37,116 nt of DNA from the NCBI RefSeq assembly GCF_004010195.1, contig NC_057718.1, positions 14,099,170-14,136,285 of the forward strand. The letters run 5' to 3'. Within the stretch, counting starts at the first letter, position 1, and every line of letters starts with the position of its first letter. Below are positions 11,897 through 21,976 of this stretch, piece by piece. The translations under genes were made by a program, and so were the position numbers. Below the pieces are notes generated by a model, which saw nothing but the letters and a program-made list of their open reading frames with translations, had not been told where the DNA came from and searched no databases. Origin of the DNA: Chiloscyllium plagiosum. Lineage: Eukaryota.

Positions 11897-12216
11897 GGGC
11901 GGCCCAGTGGCACAGTGGTTAGCACTGCTGCCTCATAGCGCCAGAGACCCAGGTTCAATTTCCGCCTCAGGCGACTGACTGTGTGGAGTTTGCACATTCT
12001 CCCCGTGTCTGCGTGGGTTTCCTCCGGGTGCTCCGGTTTCCTCCCACAGTCCAAAAATGTGCAGGTTAGTTGAATTGGCCATTCTAAATTTCCCGTAGTG
12101 TTAGGTGAAGGGGTAAATGCAGGGGAATGGGTCTGGCTGGGTTGCGCTTTGGCAGGTCGGTGTGGACTTGTTGGGCTGAAGGGCCTGTTTCCACACTGTA
12201 AGTAATCTAATCTAAT
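11897..12216 (+). mobile_element. Full-length HE1-type V-SINE
   Basis: tRNA-like head with A box (GTGGCACAGTGG) and B box (GGTTCAATTTCC), V-domain, CR1-shared 3' end GGGCCTGTTTCCACACTGTA, and (TAATC)n tail. Confidence 0.93.
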
Positions 12217-12264
12217 TACAATAAGGGTAGGTGGCAGACATCTATCCTCTATCCAAAAATGTCC

Positions 12265-12402
12265 TCTGGATGGTTATACATATGGGAGGGCTTTGGCGGG
12301 ATGAAGGCTAAATGCTGGCAAATGAGACTAGGTCTATTTAGGATATCTGGTCACCAAAGATGAGTTGTATTGAAATGTCTGTTTCCATGCTGTGAATATC
12401 TC
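12265..12402 (+). mobile_element. CR1 3' tail fragment
   Basis: Similar to 461-600 (TGCTGGCAAATGAGACTAG...GGATATCTGGTC...GTCTGTTTCCATGCTGT). Confidence 0.7.
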
Positions 12403-13654
12403 TTACAAAAACTTGCAAAGTGTGTATCTACATCTAGTTCCCACATAATATCAATTTATAATCTGTAAACAGTTGGAATCCACATTGTCTGCAGGAATCT
12501 TGAAGGGTATCATGTATACTTTGAGTGATTTCTCTTCAAGCTGTCAAATTACCAAACACCACCACTTTCTTCACCAGCCATCCATATTGTAACGGTCCAA
12601 CCCAACGGTTTTCAAATGTTTCCTTAAGAGTCTCCTGTGCAACTATTAACTGACTTTTATGGTTTAGCTCAAATATTGAAATGTTCCAATTTCAGTGGAA
12701 CAGGGTCCTCCCCCTTTGGAGAGGAGGATAAAACATCTGAAATATCTATGAGATTGCTGGGCTTTGGTATGGAGCTTTTACAGCCCCCCACCCCCAGCAC
12801 TACTTCTATCCAAACCTACTTTCTGGCTGTCTATTTATGAAGCCATAACTCATTTATTTGTGCTTTGTGATGGCTGGCAAACTGCATGCGACAGCACGGA
12901 GAAATAACAACCCAGTGTCAATAAGATAATAACTGTAAAGCTTCTGCACTGCAATCAGAATGCATTATATAATCTCACAGGGTCAAGGTTTGCCCAGTGT
13001 TTATAGGAAACTCAATGGGTTGTGCTAATCCACTAGCATTTTATGATGCAAAACCCCAATAGTTGGCAGAACATCAGAACAGCATGTTATTACTCCTCAC
13101 CCTTTTAAAAGTAATTATAATGAGATGTATTGATTCTCTGGCAAATACAAGTAGCACTTGGATCATATTTCCAGAAATCTACAAGTGCTAACAATATCAT
13201 ACTAAGGTATAAATGGACCTAGATATTTAATATCATGACATGAACATTTGATTTTTAATATGGTTTTTGTTTGAATAGATTCAGAATGATTTAAACCTAA
13301 ACAACAACCAGATCTTGGATTTATATAATGACTTTGACATGCAATGTATACAGAATATATACTCTTAAGACTATATAAAAGGAAAATGAATATTTGCTTT
13401 TATGTAGCACCTTTCACAGCTACTATATGCCCAATAGAGCTTTCCATCCAGTAGAGTGCTTTTTGAAATGAAGTCAAAGTTTTAATGTTGGGTCATATTA
13501 TGTACTGCAACTCCCAAGAACTGCAATGTAAAAGCAATCAGATAGCCTGTTTTGTGATGTTGAGTAAGGAACATTTGGATAGATACAGGAATAAGAGATG
13601 GAAATGTGTTGCTGGAAAAGCGCAGCAGGTCAGGCAGCATCTAGGGAACAGGAG

Positions 13655-13690
13655 AATCGACGTTTCGGGCATTAGCCCTTCTTCAGGAAT
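13655..13690 (-). ncRNA. Minimal hammerhead ribozyme motif (intact core)
   Basis: Reverse complement reads AUUC-CUGAAGA-A-GGGC UAAU GCCC-GAAA-CG-UC/GAUU. Confidence 0.65.
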
Positions 13691-13776
13691 GAGGAAAGTT
13701 GGTCCAGCAGGCTAAGATAAAAGATAGGGAGGAGGGACTTGGGGGAGGGGCGTCGGAAATGTGATAGGTGGAAAGA

Positions 13777-14112
13777 NNNNNNNNNNNNNNNNNNNNNNNN
13801 NNNNNNNNNNNNNNNNNNNNNNNNNNNNNNNNNNNNNNNNNNNNNNNNNNNNNNNNNNNNNNNNNNNNNNNNNNNNNNNNNNNNNNNNNNNNNNNNNNNN
13901 NNNNNNNNNNNNNNNNNNNNNNNNNNNNNNNNNNNNNNNNNNNNNNNNNNNNNNNNNNNNNNNNNNNNNNNNNNNNNNNNNNNNNNNNNNNNNNNNNNNN
14001 NNNNNNNNNNNNNNNNNNNNNNNNNNNNNNNNNNNNNNNNNNNNNNNNNNNNNNNNNNNNNNNNNNNNNNNNNNNNNNNNNNNNNNNNNNNNNNNNNNNN
14101 NNNNNNNNNNNN
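13777..14112. other. Assembly gap (N run)
   Basis: 336 N at the centre of an inverted repeat. Confidence 1.
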
Positions 14113-14212
14113 ACCTCACCTTGACCTCTTTCCACCTATCACATTTCCAACGCCCCTCCCCCAAGTCCCTCCTCCCTAACTTTTATCTTAGTCTGCTGGA
14201 CCAACTTTCCTC

Positions 14213-14248
14213 ATTCCTGAAGAAGGGCTAATGCCCGAAACGTCGATT
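14213..14248 (+). ncRNA. Minimal hammerhead ribozyme motif (intact core)
   Basis: CTGAAGA at 14217-14223, stem II GGGC/GCCC, GAAA at 14237-14240, palindromic ACGU, GUC cleavage triplet ending at 14244. Stem I is weak. Confidence 0.65.
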
Positions 14249-14689
14249 CTCCTGTTCCCTAGATGCTGCCTGACCTGCTGCGCTTTTCCAGCAACACATT
14301 TCCATCTCTGATCTCCAGCATCTGCAGACCTCACTTTCTCCTCATAGATACAGGAATAAGAAAGGTTTGGAGAGATATGGGCCAGGAGCAAACAGGTGGG
14401 ACTGCTTAGTTTGGGATTATGTTCAGCGTGGACTGGTTGGACCGAATGCTCTGATTTCATGCTGTATATAATAGCTAGGACACTAAGGATAACATTCTGT
14501 TTTTCATTGAATGAGTACTATGGAATGTTTTGCATCCAACTAAGGAAGCAGATAAAGTATTGGTTTAATGTCTCATACAAAAGACAGCACCTCCAACAAT
14601 GCAGCACACATTTAATACTGAATTGGAATGTCATAAAGATGTTAATTAATCAAAGCTAACATTCCACTTAAGCCTGTGCACACAGACTC

Positions 14690-14970
14690 AGATTAGATTA
14701 GATTACTTAGATTAGATTACTTACAGTGTGGAAACAGGCCCTTCGGCCCAACAAGTCCACTGACCCGCCGAAGCGTAACCCACCCAGTCCCATTCTCCTA
14801 CATTTACCCCTTCACCTAACACTATGGGCAATTTAGCATGGCCAATTCACCTAACCTGCACATTTTTTGGATTGTGGGAGGATTGTGGGAGGAGCACCCG
14901 GAGGAAACCCATGCAGACACGGGGAGACTGTGCAAACTCCACACAGAGAGTCGCCTGAGGTGGGAATTGA
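14690..14970 (-). mobile_element. HE1-type V-SINE, 5'-truncated
   Basis: Reverse complement of ~11955-12216 with an (AGATT)n tail. Small internal duplication of GATTGTGGGAG. Confidence 0.92.
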
Positions 14971-15292
14971 TTCCTGCTGTGCTTTTCCAATAATTGATCT
15001 TGTAGTTTAGCCAACATTTATGATGAGGCTATCTGGTGTAGTGTGGGCAATCATCTGCATGTTGCATTGTGTATGTCTGTGGTGATCAATTCAGTTTTTG
15101 CACAGAGACTACTGAGTGAAAGAAATTTCCATCTTTGCGATATTTAATACTCTCACCAGAGGGAAATTGATATTTGATGAGGTAAATAGCCACTGACAGG
15201 TAGATTGCAAATGGAATTGGGGCTATCACACAGTCTTGCTTGACCCTAGTTTAGATTTTGAAGGGGACAATTTCAAGATGACTGGAGTTAGG

Positions 15293-16591
15293 ATATCCCA
15301 ACAATTAAATATCCCAACAATTAAAGGGAGTCAGGGGGCTGAGTTGAGTATGGTTGCCACTACAAAAGAGAAAGTGCTAGAAAAGCTAAAAGGTCTTAAA
15401 ATTGATAAATCTCCTGGCCCTGATGGCAAAAGATGGAAAATTATAGGCCAATTAGCCTAACCTCGGTTGTTGGTAAAATTCTAGAATCCATCATTAAGGA
15501 TGAGGTTTCTAAATTCTTGGAAGAGCAGGGTCGGATTAGAACAAGACAACATGGATTTAGTAAGGGGAGGTCGTGCCTGACAAACCTGTTGGAGTTCTTT
15601 GAAGAAGTGACAAGTCGGTTAGACCGGGGAAACCCAGTGGATGTGGTCCACCTACACTTCCAAAAGGCCTTTGATAAGNNNNNNNNNNNNNNNNNNNNNN
15701 NNNNNNNNNNNNNNNNNNNNNNNNNNNNNNNNNNNNNNNNNNNNNNNNNNNNNNNNNNNNNNNNNNNNNNNNNNNNNNNNNNNNNNNNNNNNNNNNNNNN
15801 NNNNNNNNNNNNNNNNNNNNNNNNNNNNNNNNNNNNNNNNNNNNNNNNNNNNNNNNNNNNNNNNNNNNNNNNNNNNNNNNNNNNNNNNNNNNNNNNNNNN
15901 NNNNNNNNNNNNNNNNNNNNNNNNNNNNNNNNNNNNNNNNNNNNNNNNNNNNNNNNNNNNNNNNNNNNNNNNNNNNNNNNNNNNNNNNNNNNNNNNNNNN
16001 NNNNNNNNNNNNNNNNNNNNNNNNNNNNNNNNNNNNNNNNNNNNNNNNNNNNNNNNNNNNNNNNNNNNNNNNNNNNNNNNNNNNNNNNNNNNNNNNNNNN
16101 NNNNNNNNNNNNNNTTCACATGGATGATCCCTGGAATGGTAGGTCTAACATATGAGGAACGGCTGAGGATACTGGGATTGTATTCGTTGGAGTTTAGAAG
16201 ATTAAGGGGAGATCTAATAGAAACTTACAAGATAATACATGGCTTGGAAAGGGTGGATGCTAGGAAATTGTTTCCGTTAGGCGAGGAGACTAGGACCCGT
16301 GGACAAAGCCTTAGAATTAGAGGAGGTACATTCAGAACAGAAATGCGGAGACATTTCTTCAGCCAGAGAGTGGTGGGCCTGTGGAATTCATTGCCACAGA
16401 GTGCAGTGGAGGCTGGGACGCTAAATGTCTTCAAGGCAGAAATTGATAAATTCTTGATGTCACAAGGAATTAAGGGCTACAGGGAGAATGCGGGTAAGTG
16501 GAGTTGAAATGCCCATCAGCCATGATTAAATGGCGGAGTGGACTCGATGGGCCAAATGGCCTTACTTCCGCTCTTATGTCTTATGGTCTTA
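15293..16591 (+). mobile_element. 5'-truncated CR1 LINE (RT region and 3' end) containing an assembly gap
   Basis: KSPGPDG, NYRPISLTSVVGKILESI, QHGFSKGRSCLTNLLEFFE, FQKAFDK; C-terminus RLRGDLIETYKI...WNSLP; tail CTTATGTCTTATGGTCTTA. Confidence 0.96.
15679..16114. other. Assembly gap (N run)
   Basis: 436 N within the CR1 RT region. Confidence 1.
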
Positions 16592-16929
16592 GGTCATTAC
16601 GAACAGATCCAAGATTGTGAAGTTTGTTCGACATCCAAATCTTTGGAGCATGATGCACAAAGCCTCATGGTTTACTGAATCAAATTTTTTGGTCACATTG
16701 ATAAAAGCAATTAAAGTTCCTTGAATTTTTTCTTGGATTTGACTGATGCTATTGGAATCTCTGGAAGATCTTAAACTGCATGTCTCTCGTGGACGATTTT
16801 CACAACCACAGAAGTAGGTGATTCAGGTGAATGTGTCCTTATATGGACAAAGAAGAAACACCTCAAGAATTTCCACAGCATGATTTATCACCCTTCTTGA
16901 CAATAGTTACAATTGTTGCACTGCTAAAA

Positions 16930-17255
16930 TCAGTGGTGAGCTGCCTTCTTGAATTACTGCAGTAGGTGGACCAAGATGCCATTAGGGAGTGAGTACAAGG
17001 ATTTTAACCGAGCGACACTGTAGGAACTCTGATATATTTCCAAGTCGGCAAGGTGAGTGGCTTGGAGGGGAACTTACAGGCGGTGGTGTTCTTCTGTATT
17101 TGCTGCCCTTCTTGTCCAAGATGGCAGTAGTTTTGGGTTTGGAAAGTGCTAAGGAACATCGGTGAATTTCTGCAGTACCTTTTGTAAGTAGTATACATTA
17201 CTACTGAATGTCACTGGTGGAGGAAGTCAATGTTTATGGATTGATGCCAATCAAT
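16930..17255 (-). mobile_element. Degenerate 3' end of a second LINE family (CR1/L2 group)
   Basis: TGGTGAGCTGCCTTCTTGAATTACTGCAG is the reverse complement of a LQxFKKAAH-coding end also found at 24661-24690. The upstream sequence resembles a common shark LINE ORF2 C-terminus. Confidence 0.7.
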
Positions 17256-17942
17256 ATGAAGACAGTTGCACATTGTGATCATTCTAATAATGAAATAATT
17301 ACAATTGACAGGAAGGGGGGATAGTGTGTTGACTTGTGTGCTCAAAGAGTTCCCAGTCTGGGATGTCCACAATTAAACTTGTACAGATTAGTGTCATCCC
17401 CAATGTTTTCCCATGGATGTGGACTGCTCTAATGTGGACTTGACTACTGCATGACTTGAAAACCTTTCTTCACCATGGCCGATTAACCAAACTGAAATCA
17501 TTCTCAAAGTTATGCAACAGAGTGGGGTGTAACAACCCACTTGCATCGACATCTTCTTACTTAGATCCTGTTGCTATTATATTTGATGCTGCCTATATAA
17601 TTGATTCATTAAATATTATCCCAATGCCATTTCCCTTTTATTTCAATGGCCTGACAGTATTAAATATGCAGTAAGAGGAATGCTTACCTCAAAAGCTTCT
17701 CTTGAAGAGTCATCGGGAAAGTGATTCTTCATTTAAGAAAACTGTGAAACATGTTCCAGAGAGTACCTTAATTAAACACTTGTTACCTCTTGTGGAACAA
17801 ATATTAAATGAACCTACTTATTACTGCACCCTTCAGAAACCATCTGCTTGCTTGAAAATATTTTTCTCTCAAATTTATGTACTGATAACAAGTGTGAAAA
17901 TAACTGATTGGTTGTTACTAACAGCCTTCATATCCAACATAG

Positions 17943-18156
17943 GAGAAAGTGAGGTCTGCAGATGCTGGAGATCAGAGCTGAAAATGTGTTGCTGGAAAAG
18001 CGCAGCAGGTCAGGCAGCATCCAGGGAACAGGAGAATCGACGTTTCGGGCATAAGGATTCAGGATTCCTGAAGAAGGGCTTATGCCCAAAACGTCGATTC
18101 TCCTGTTCCCTGGATGCTGCCTGACCTGCTGCGCTTTTCCAGCAACACATTTTCAG
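17943..18156. mobile_element. Miniature Penelope-like fold-back insertion (family A) with perfect 17-bp TSD
   Basis: TSD CTTCATATCCAACATAG at 17926-17942 and 18157-18173. Inverted arms ~17975-18055 and ~18079-18158 with one mismatch. The hammerhead at 18068-18095 has GAAA changed to AAAA. Confidence 0.92.
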
Positions 18157-18173
18157 CTTCATATCCAACATAG

Positions 18174-18432
18174 CCAATGTTTGGCTGATAACTTGGCTCC
18201 CAATAAAGCAAAGTCTGGAATTTTAAATTCTCATCCTTGTTACCAAATCCTATCATTGACTGGATCTTCCCTTTCTTTGTAATCTCTAATTCCTAAATGT
18301 CCCTGATTTTAATCATTTTGTCATGGTTACTCTAAGGCCCAGAATTCACTCCTAACTATTTCCTGCCTTTCCCTCCTTTTCTTCCTTTAACTCAAGCTTT
18401 TGACCAGGATTTTAGTCATTGGATTAAATGTG
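18174..18432 (+). mobile_element. Old L2-like LINE 3' fragment
   Basis: GCTGATAACTTGGCTCCCAAT...TTTTAAATTCTCATCCTTGTT...CAAGCTTTTG parallels 34966-35260. Confidence 0.55.
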
Positions 18433-18437
18433 GTCCA

Positions 18438-18670
18438 GAGTCACAGAGTCATATAGCCTGGAAACAGGCTCTTTGGTCCAACCAGTCCACGCCAACCACA
18501 ATCTCAAACTAAACTAGTCCCACCTGCCTGCATTTGGCCCATATCCCTCCAAACCTTTCCTATTCATGGACTTATCCGAATGTCTTTTAAATGTTGTAAT
18601 TGTACCTACATCCACCACTTTGTGTATCAGTCCATTTCACACATGAACCACTCTTTGTGCAAAAAAGTGA
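18438..18670 (-). mobile_element. CR1 3' tail fragment
   Basis: AGAGTCACAGAGTCATATAGCCTGGAAACAGG...CATATCCCTCCAAACCTTTCCTATTCAT, reverse-complement similar to 400-605. Confidence 0.85.
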
Positions 18671-18878
18671 CTAATTTTTCTTGGCAACTCACCTCTTAAA
18701 TGCCTTGGTTTGTTATTTACCTTGTAAATTCTGATAATCTGACACAGATTGTGGGTCAGCTGACAATCAGCATGCATTCCTCCATATTGCTGAAAAACAA
18801 GACGGTATGTATAGTGAGGGAAATATTGGGAACCAAGAACTATATCTTTGATCAGTGCTTGGAGCTGTAGTCCAGATG

Positions 18879-19051
18879 GGACAATGTGAATACTGCAGAT
18901 GCTGGAGATCAAAGTCGAGAGTGTGGTGCTGGAAAAGTACAGCAGTTCAGGCATCATTCGAGGAGCAGGTGAATTGATGTTTCAGGTATAAGCCAAGGGT
19001 TCCCCGGATGCTGCCTGACTTGCCGTACTTTTCCAGCCCCACACCCTCGAC
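18879..19051. mobile_element. Older miniature Penelope-like fold-back insertion (family A-related)
   Basis: Degenerate TSD GCTGTAGTCCAGATG (18864-18878) and GCTCTAGTCCAGGTG (19052-19066). Arms ~18915-18960 and ~19005-19051. Confidence 0.8.
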
Positions 19052-19569
19052 GCTCTAGTCCAGGTGTTGATCTGCACATTCACTTGTGAAGTTAAAGGCA
19101 ATTCAGTTCAGGAACCCTGAAATTACTGGACCATTAGGTGGCAGTGTGCTCAAGAACATTTAGCTGAAGGAGATCAGTTTTCAGAGGAAGGCATTGAGAA
19201 CGTGGTGAGCAGATGCCCACATTTAATTTGGACCAGGCTAGTTGCTGAGACAGGAAACCAAGACACCTTTCTTTTGTGGATAAAGTTTATTGACTCCTCA
19301 GTCCTACACCTCCCCCCACCCTAGCTCAATTGTTACAGGTGCTGTCTACAAATGTGCTCAAATATTAGCGATCAACTGTTTCTTCATCTTAAGCAAAAAC
19401 ATTAACAAACGTAACAATGTGATGAGTCAAACATGAAAATCCAGAGGAAAATCAGATGCCCATATCTCAAGAAGAAATTCTTTTAAAAAAACTTAAATCA
19501 TCCTGATGCCTGAGGGCAATGCAATGGGAGATTGAGGGGTATTGTATGTATATAAAAACAAGAGTGGGT

Positions 19570-19870
19570 CTTCTTCAGCCTGTTTCACCAATCACTTGAG
19601 TGTTAGCTGATCTCTGTTTTAACTTCATTTACCCACCTTCCTCCATATACCTTAATATCTTTGCATTACAAAAATATCAATTTCTGATTCTGGTACTTTT
19701 AGTTGACCTCTACCAGCCTCAACAATTATTTTGGATAAGAGATTTCTAGATTTCTACTGCCTTTTTAGTTATGGAGGTCCTTCCTGATATTAACTGTGAA
19801 TGTCCTAACTCCAAATTTACTAATCTTCCCCACCCCAAGGAAATGTTCACTACTTATCTTTGACCACTAT
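19570..19870 (-). mobile_element. Highly decayed CR1 3' fragment
   Basis: AGCCTGTTTCACCA...GCTGATCT...CCTCAACAATT...AGAGATTTCTAGATTTCTACTGCC resembles the layout of 6230-6500. Confidence 0.5.
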
Positions 19871-19965
19871 AAACACCTCGATTACTCATCTATATGGCTT
19901 CAGTTGTATTTCCAGCTTTGATAGACCTTTTATCAAGTTACTCAATTGTTTAACAACAAGTGACT

Positions 19966-20238
19966 ATCATAGAATCATAGAGTCACTACAGTGTGGGAGC
20001 AGGTTGTTCGGCCCATCATGTCCACATGACCCTCCAAAACGTAGCTCACCCAGATCACATCTACCCCCACATGCCTTTCCCAGTAATCCTGCATTTCCAT
20101 GGTTAATCCACCTAGCCTACACATCCCTGAACACTATGGGCAATTTAGCATGGCCAATCACCTAACCTGCACATCTTTGGACTGTGGGAAGAAACTGGAG
20201 CACCCAGAGGAAACCAGCACAGACACAGACAGAATGTG
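19966..20238 (-). mobile_element. HE1-type V-SINE, 5'-truncated
   Basis: ACACTATGGGCAATTTAGCATGGCCAATCACCTAACCTGCACATCTTTGGACTGTGGG; (ATCATAGA)2 tail. Confidence 0.88.
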
Positions 20239-20271
20239 ATTCTCTGACATGAAAGAGGGGTCTTTCCTAAA

Positions 20272-20657
20272 CTGTGGGGTGACCTTATAGAGGTTTACAA
20301 AATTATGAAGGGCATGGATAGGGTAAATCGGCAAAGTCTTTTCCCTGGGGTCAGGGAGTCCAGAACTAGAGGGCATAGGTTTAGGTTGAGAGGGGAAAGA
20401 TATAAAAGAGACCTACGGGGCAACCTTTTCACACAGAGGGTGGTACGTGTATGGAATGAGCTGCCAGAGGAAGTGGTGGAGGCTGGTACAACTGCAACAT
20501 TTAAGAGGCATTTGGATGGGTATATGAATAGGAAGGGTTTGGAGGATTATGGGCCGGGTGCTGGCAGGTGGGACTAGATTGGGTTGAGATATCTGGTCAG
20601 CATGGACAGGTTGGACCGAAGGGTCTGTTTCCATGCTGTACATCTCTATGACTCTAT
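20272..20657 (+). mobile_element. CR1 3' fragment (same young family as 1-605)
   Basis: ORF 20305..20577 is closely similar to 164..475 and has the same tail. Confidence 0.95.
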
Positions 20658-21373
20658 AACACTTCTTGCATGGTTCCCTGACAGTGGTAGATGTGCTGGT
20701 GATAACATTTGATGTAATATTGGATGATACGCATGGTCTTTATTTTCATTTCCTGCTATGACCTTTTGCAATGTGAAAATGGCCTTATTATTTTCAACTC
20801 TATTTTGGTCAGTGTTGAATTTCATCTTTGATTGTCATGTTGTTATTTGTTGTCATAAGTTGAGAATCAAGCAGTGAACTGAAAAAACGTAAGTATAGTC
20901 ATAGCTGCAAATGGTTACCTCACTGACAGTGCACTGATCTAAATAACCACTAAATAAGGAATGTGTGAAAGAAAGGCAAACAGTCCGACCAACCCAATGT
21001 TTTTAAAGAGTTCTGAAAGCTGTGAATGCATGACTCTTATGGCTGACAATGACATCATGATTAATTGAGCACATTGCCTCCTTGGGATTTGTTCATGAGC
21101 ATGAGAGGATTCATTGTGGTCTAAAACAAGCCAAACTACTCTCCTGTGGGAACTGGAATAAAAAAAAATTACCGGAATGCTCAGCATAAAGAAACATCAA
21201 TATAACTCTCAAGAGTAATGATTGCCAGCCTCCAGTTAAACACAAAAGAAAATTCTCAAAGGAGTTTTCTGCACAGTACCAGTGTTCATAATAGAGAGTT
21301 CTTTCCTTAAAAGATTAAAGGTTGGCTTTCAATTGTTTAGTACCCAATTCTTTAGAATTGAATGTGTACTTTT

Positions 21374-21590
21374 TGAAATAACTCTACAGAGGCCAGTATC
21401 CCGTCACCAGGTCACCCTTTATTTACATGTGTGTAGCATTTGACATTGATCTGCTCCCTCAGAGCCAGCTCTCAGAGTGAACAGGACCTCTAACGCTCCT
21501 GTTTATATCTGCCAGCCAGGGCTCCCTGATTGAACCAGACTAACACCAGACTGTGAGGTCCACCTGGCTGACCTCATTACAATCACTACA
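21374..21590 (-). mobile_element. Solo LTR (217 bp)
   Basis: Minus strand begins TGTAGTG and ends TTATTTCA (TG...CA), with TATA-like ATATAAA followed by AATAAA. Flanks CTTTT and CTGTT give a 5-bp TSD with one mismatch. Partial second copy at 26750-26829. Confidence 0.75.
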
Positions 21591-21976
21591 CTGTTTATTG
21601 CATGGACATTTTGATACATTCCCTTACATCTGACTGTCCAATGAAATGAGACTTTCTTCGATTTCCTCAGGTGCATCTATCTCCCGCAGTTGATAAACTT
21701 CATGATTACCAGTAAGGCAATAAACTGGTTAAAACCAACAGTTAATCCTCTATCTTGTCAATGAGCCTGCTGGAAATCAGAGGTCTCAGAGGTGACCCTG
21801 TAGACACTTAGGAAAATGGTTAGCTGAGTTAATACTGTCAGATAAGCCAGGTCAAGCAGGCACAGGCATGGACAGGAACAGGGACAAAATTATCATAGGC
21901 TGCCTAAAGCCATGGGCCTTAGTTCTCAGGCCTTGATGTACTCCCCACCACATGCCCTGGGCAGTTAAAGAGATGT

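Larger units (their letters stand above)
13597..14343. mobile_element. Penelope-like fold-back insertion (family A) with 18-bp TSD; centre unresolved
   Basis: Arms ~13594-13776 and ~14127-14309 are reverse complements with about 3 mismatches. TSD ATAGATACAGGAATAAGA at 13579-13596 and 14344-14361. Same family as the endonuclease-bearing fragment at 21977-22438. Confidence 0.9.
13571..14469 (+). mobile_element. CR1 3' tail fragment split by a Penelope-like insertion
   Basis: CATTTGGATAGATACAGGAATAAGA joined to AAGGTTTGGAGAGATATGGGCC...GGTTGGACCGAA aligns with 20509-20640. Confidence 0.8.
13390..14640 (-). mobile_element. Old Deu-domain SINE split by nested insertions (pieces ~13390-13570 and ~14470-14640)
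   Basis: The left piece resembles 5345-5530 (ATGTAGCACCTTT...CAGATAGCCTGTTTTGTGATGTTGAG). The right piece has the reverse-complement Deu core GGTTTAATGTCTCATACAAAAGACAGCACCTCCAACAATGCAGCAC. Confidence 0.65.

Noticed and set aside
11897..11970. tRNA gene
   Set aside because: The A and B boxes belong to a SINE head that continues into the V-domain and LINE tail. The same applies to the other SINE copies.
13683..16507. Long ORFs of 118-288 aa in the track
   Set aside because: They are artefacts of translating through N gaps. Only the CR1 portions are meaningful.
17702..18282. 140-aa and 66-aa ORFs
   Set aside because: They run through the non-coding PLE hairpin and have no recognisable domain.
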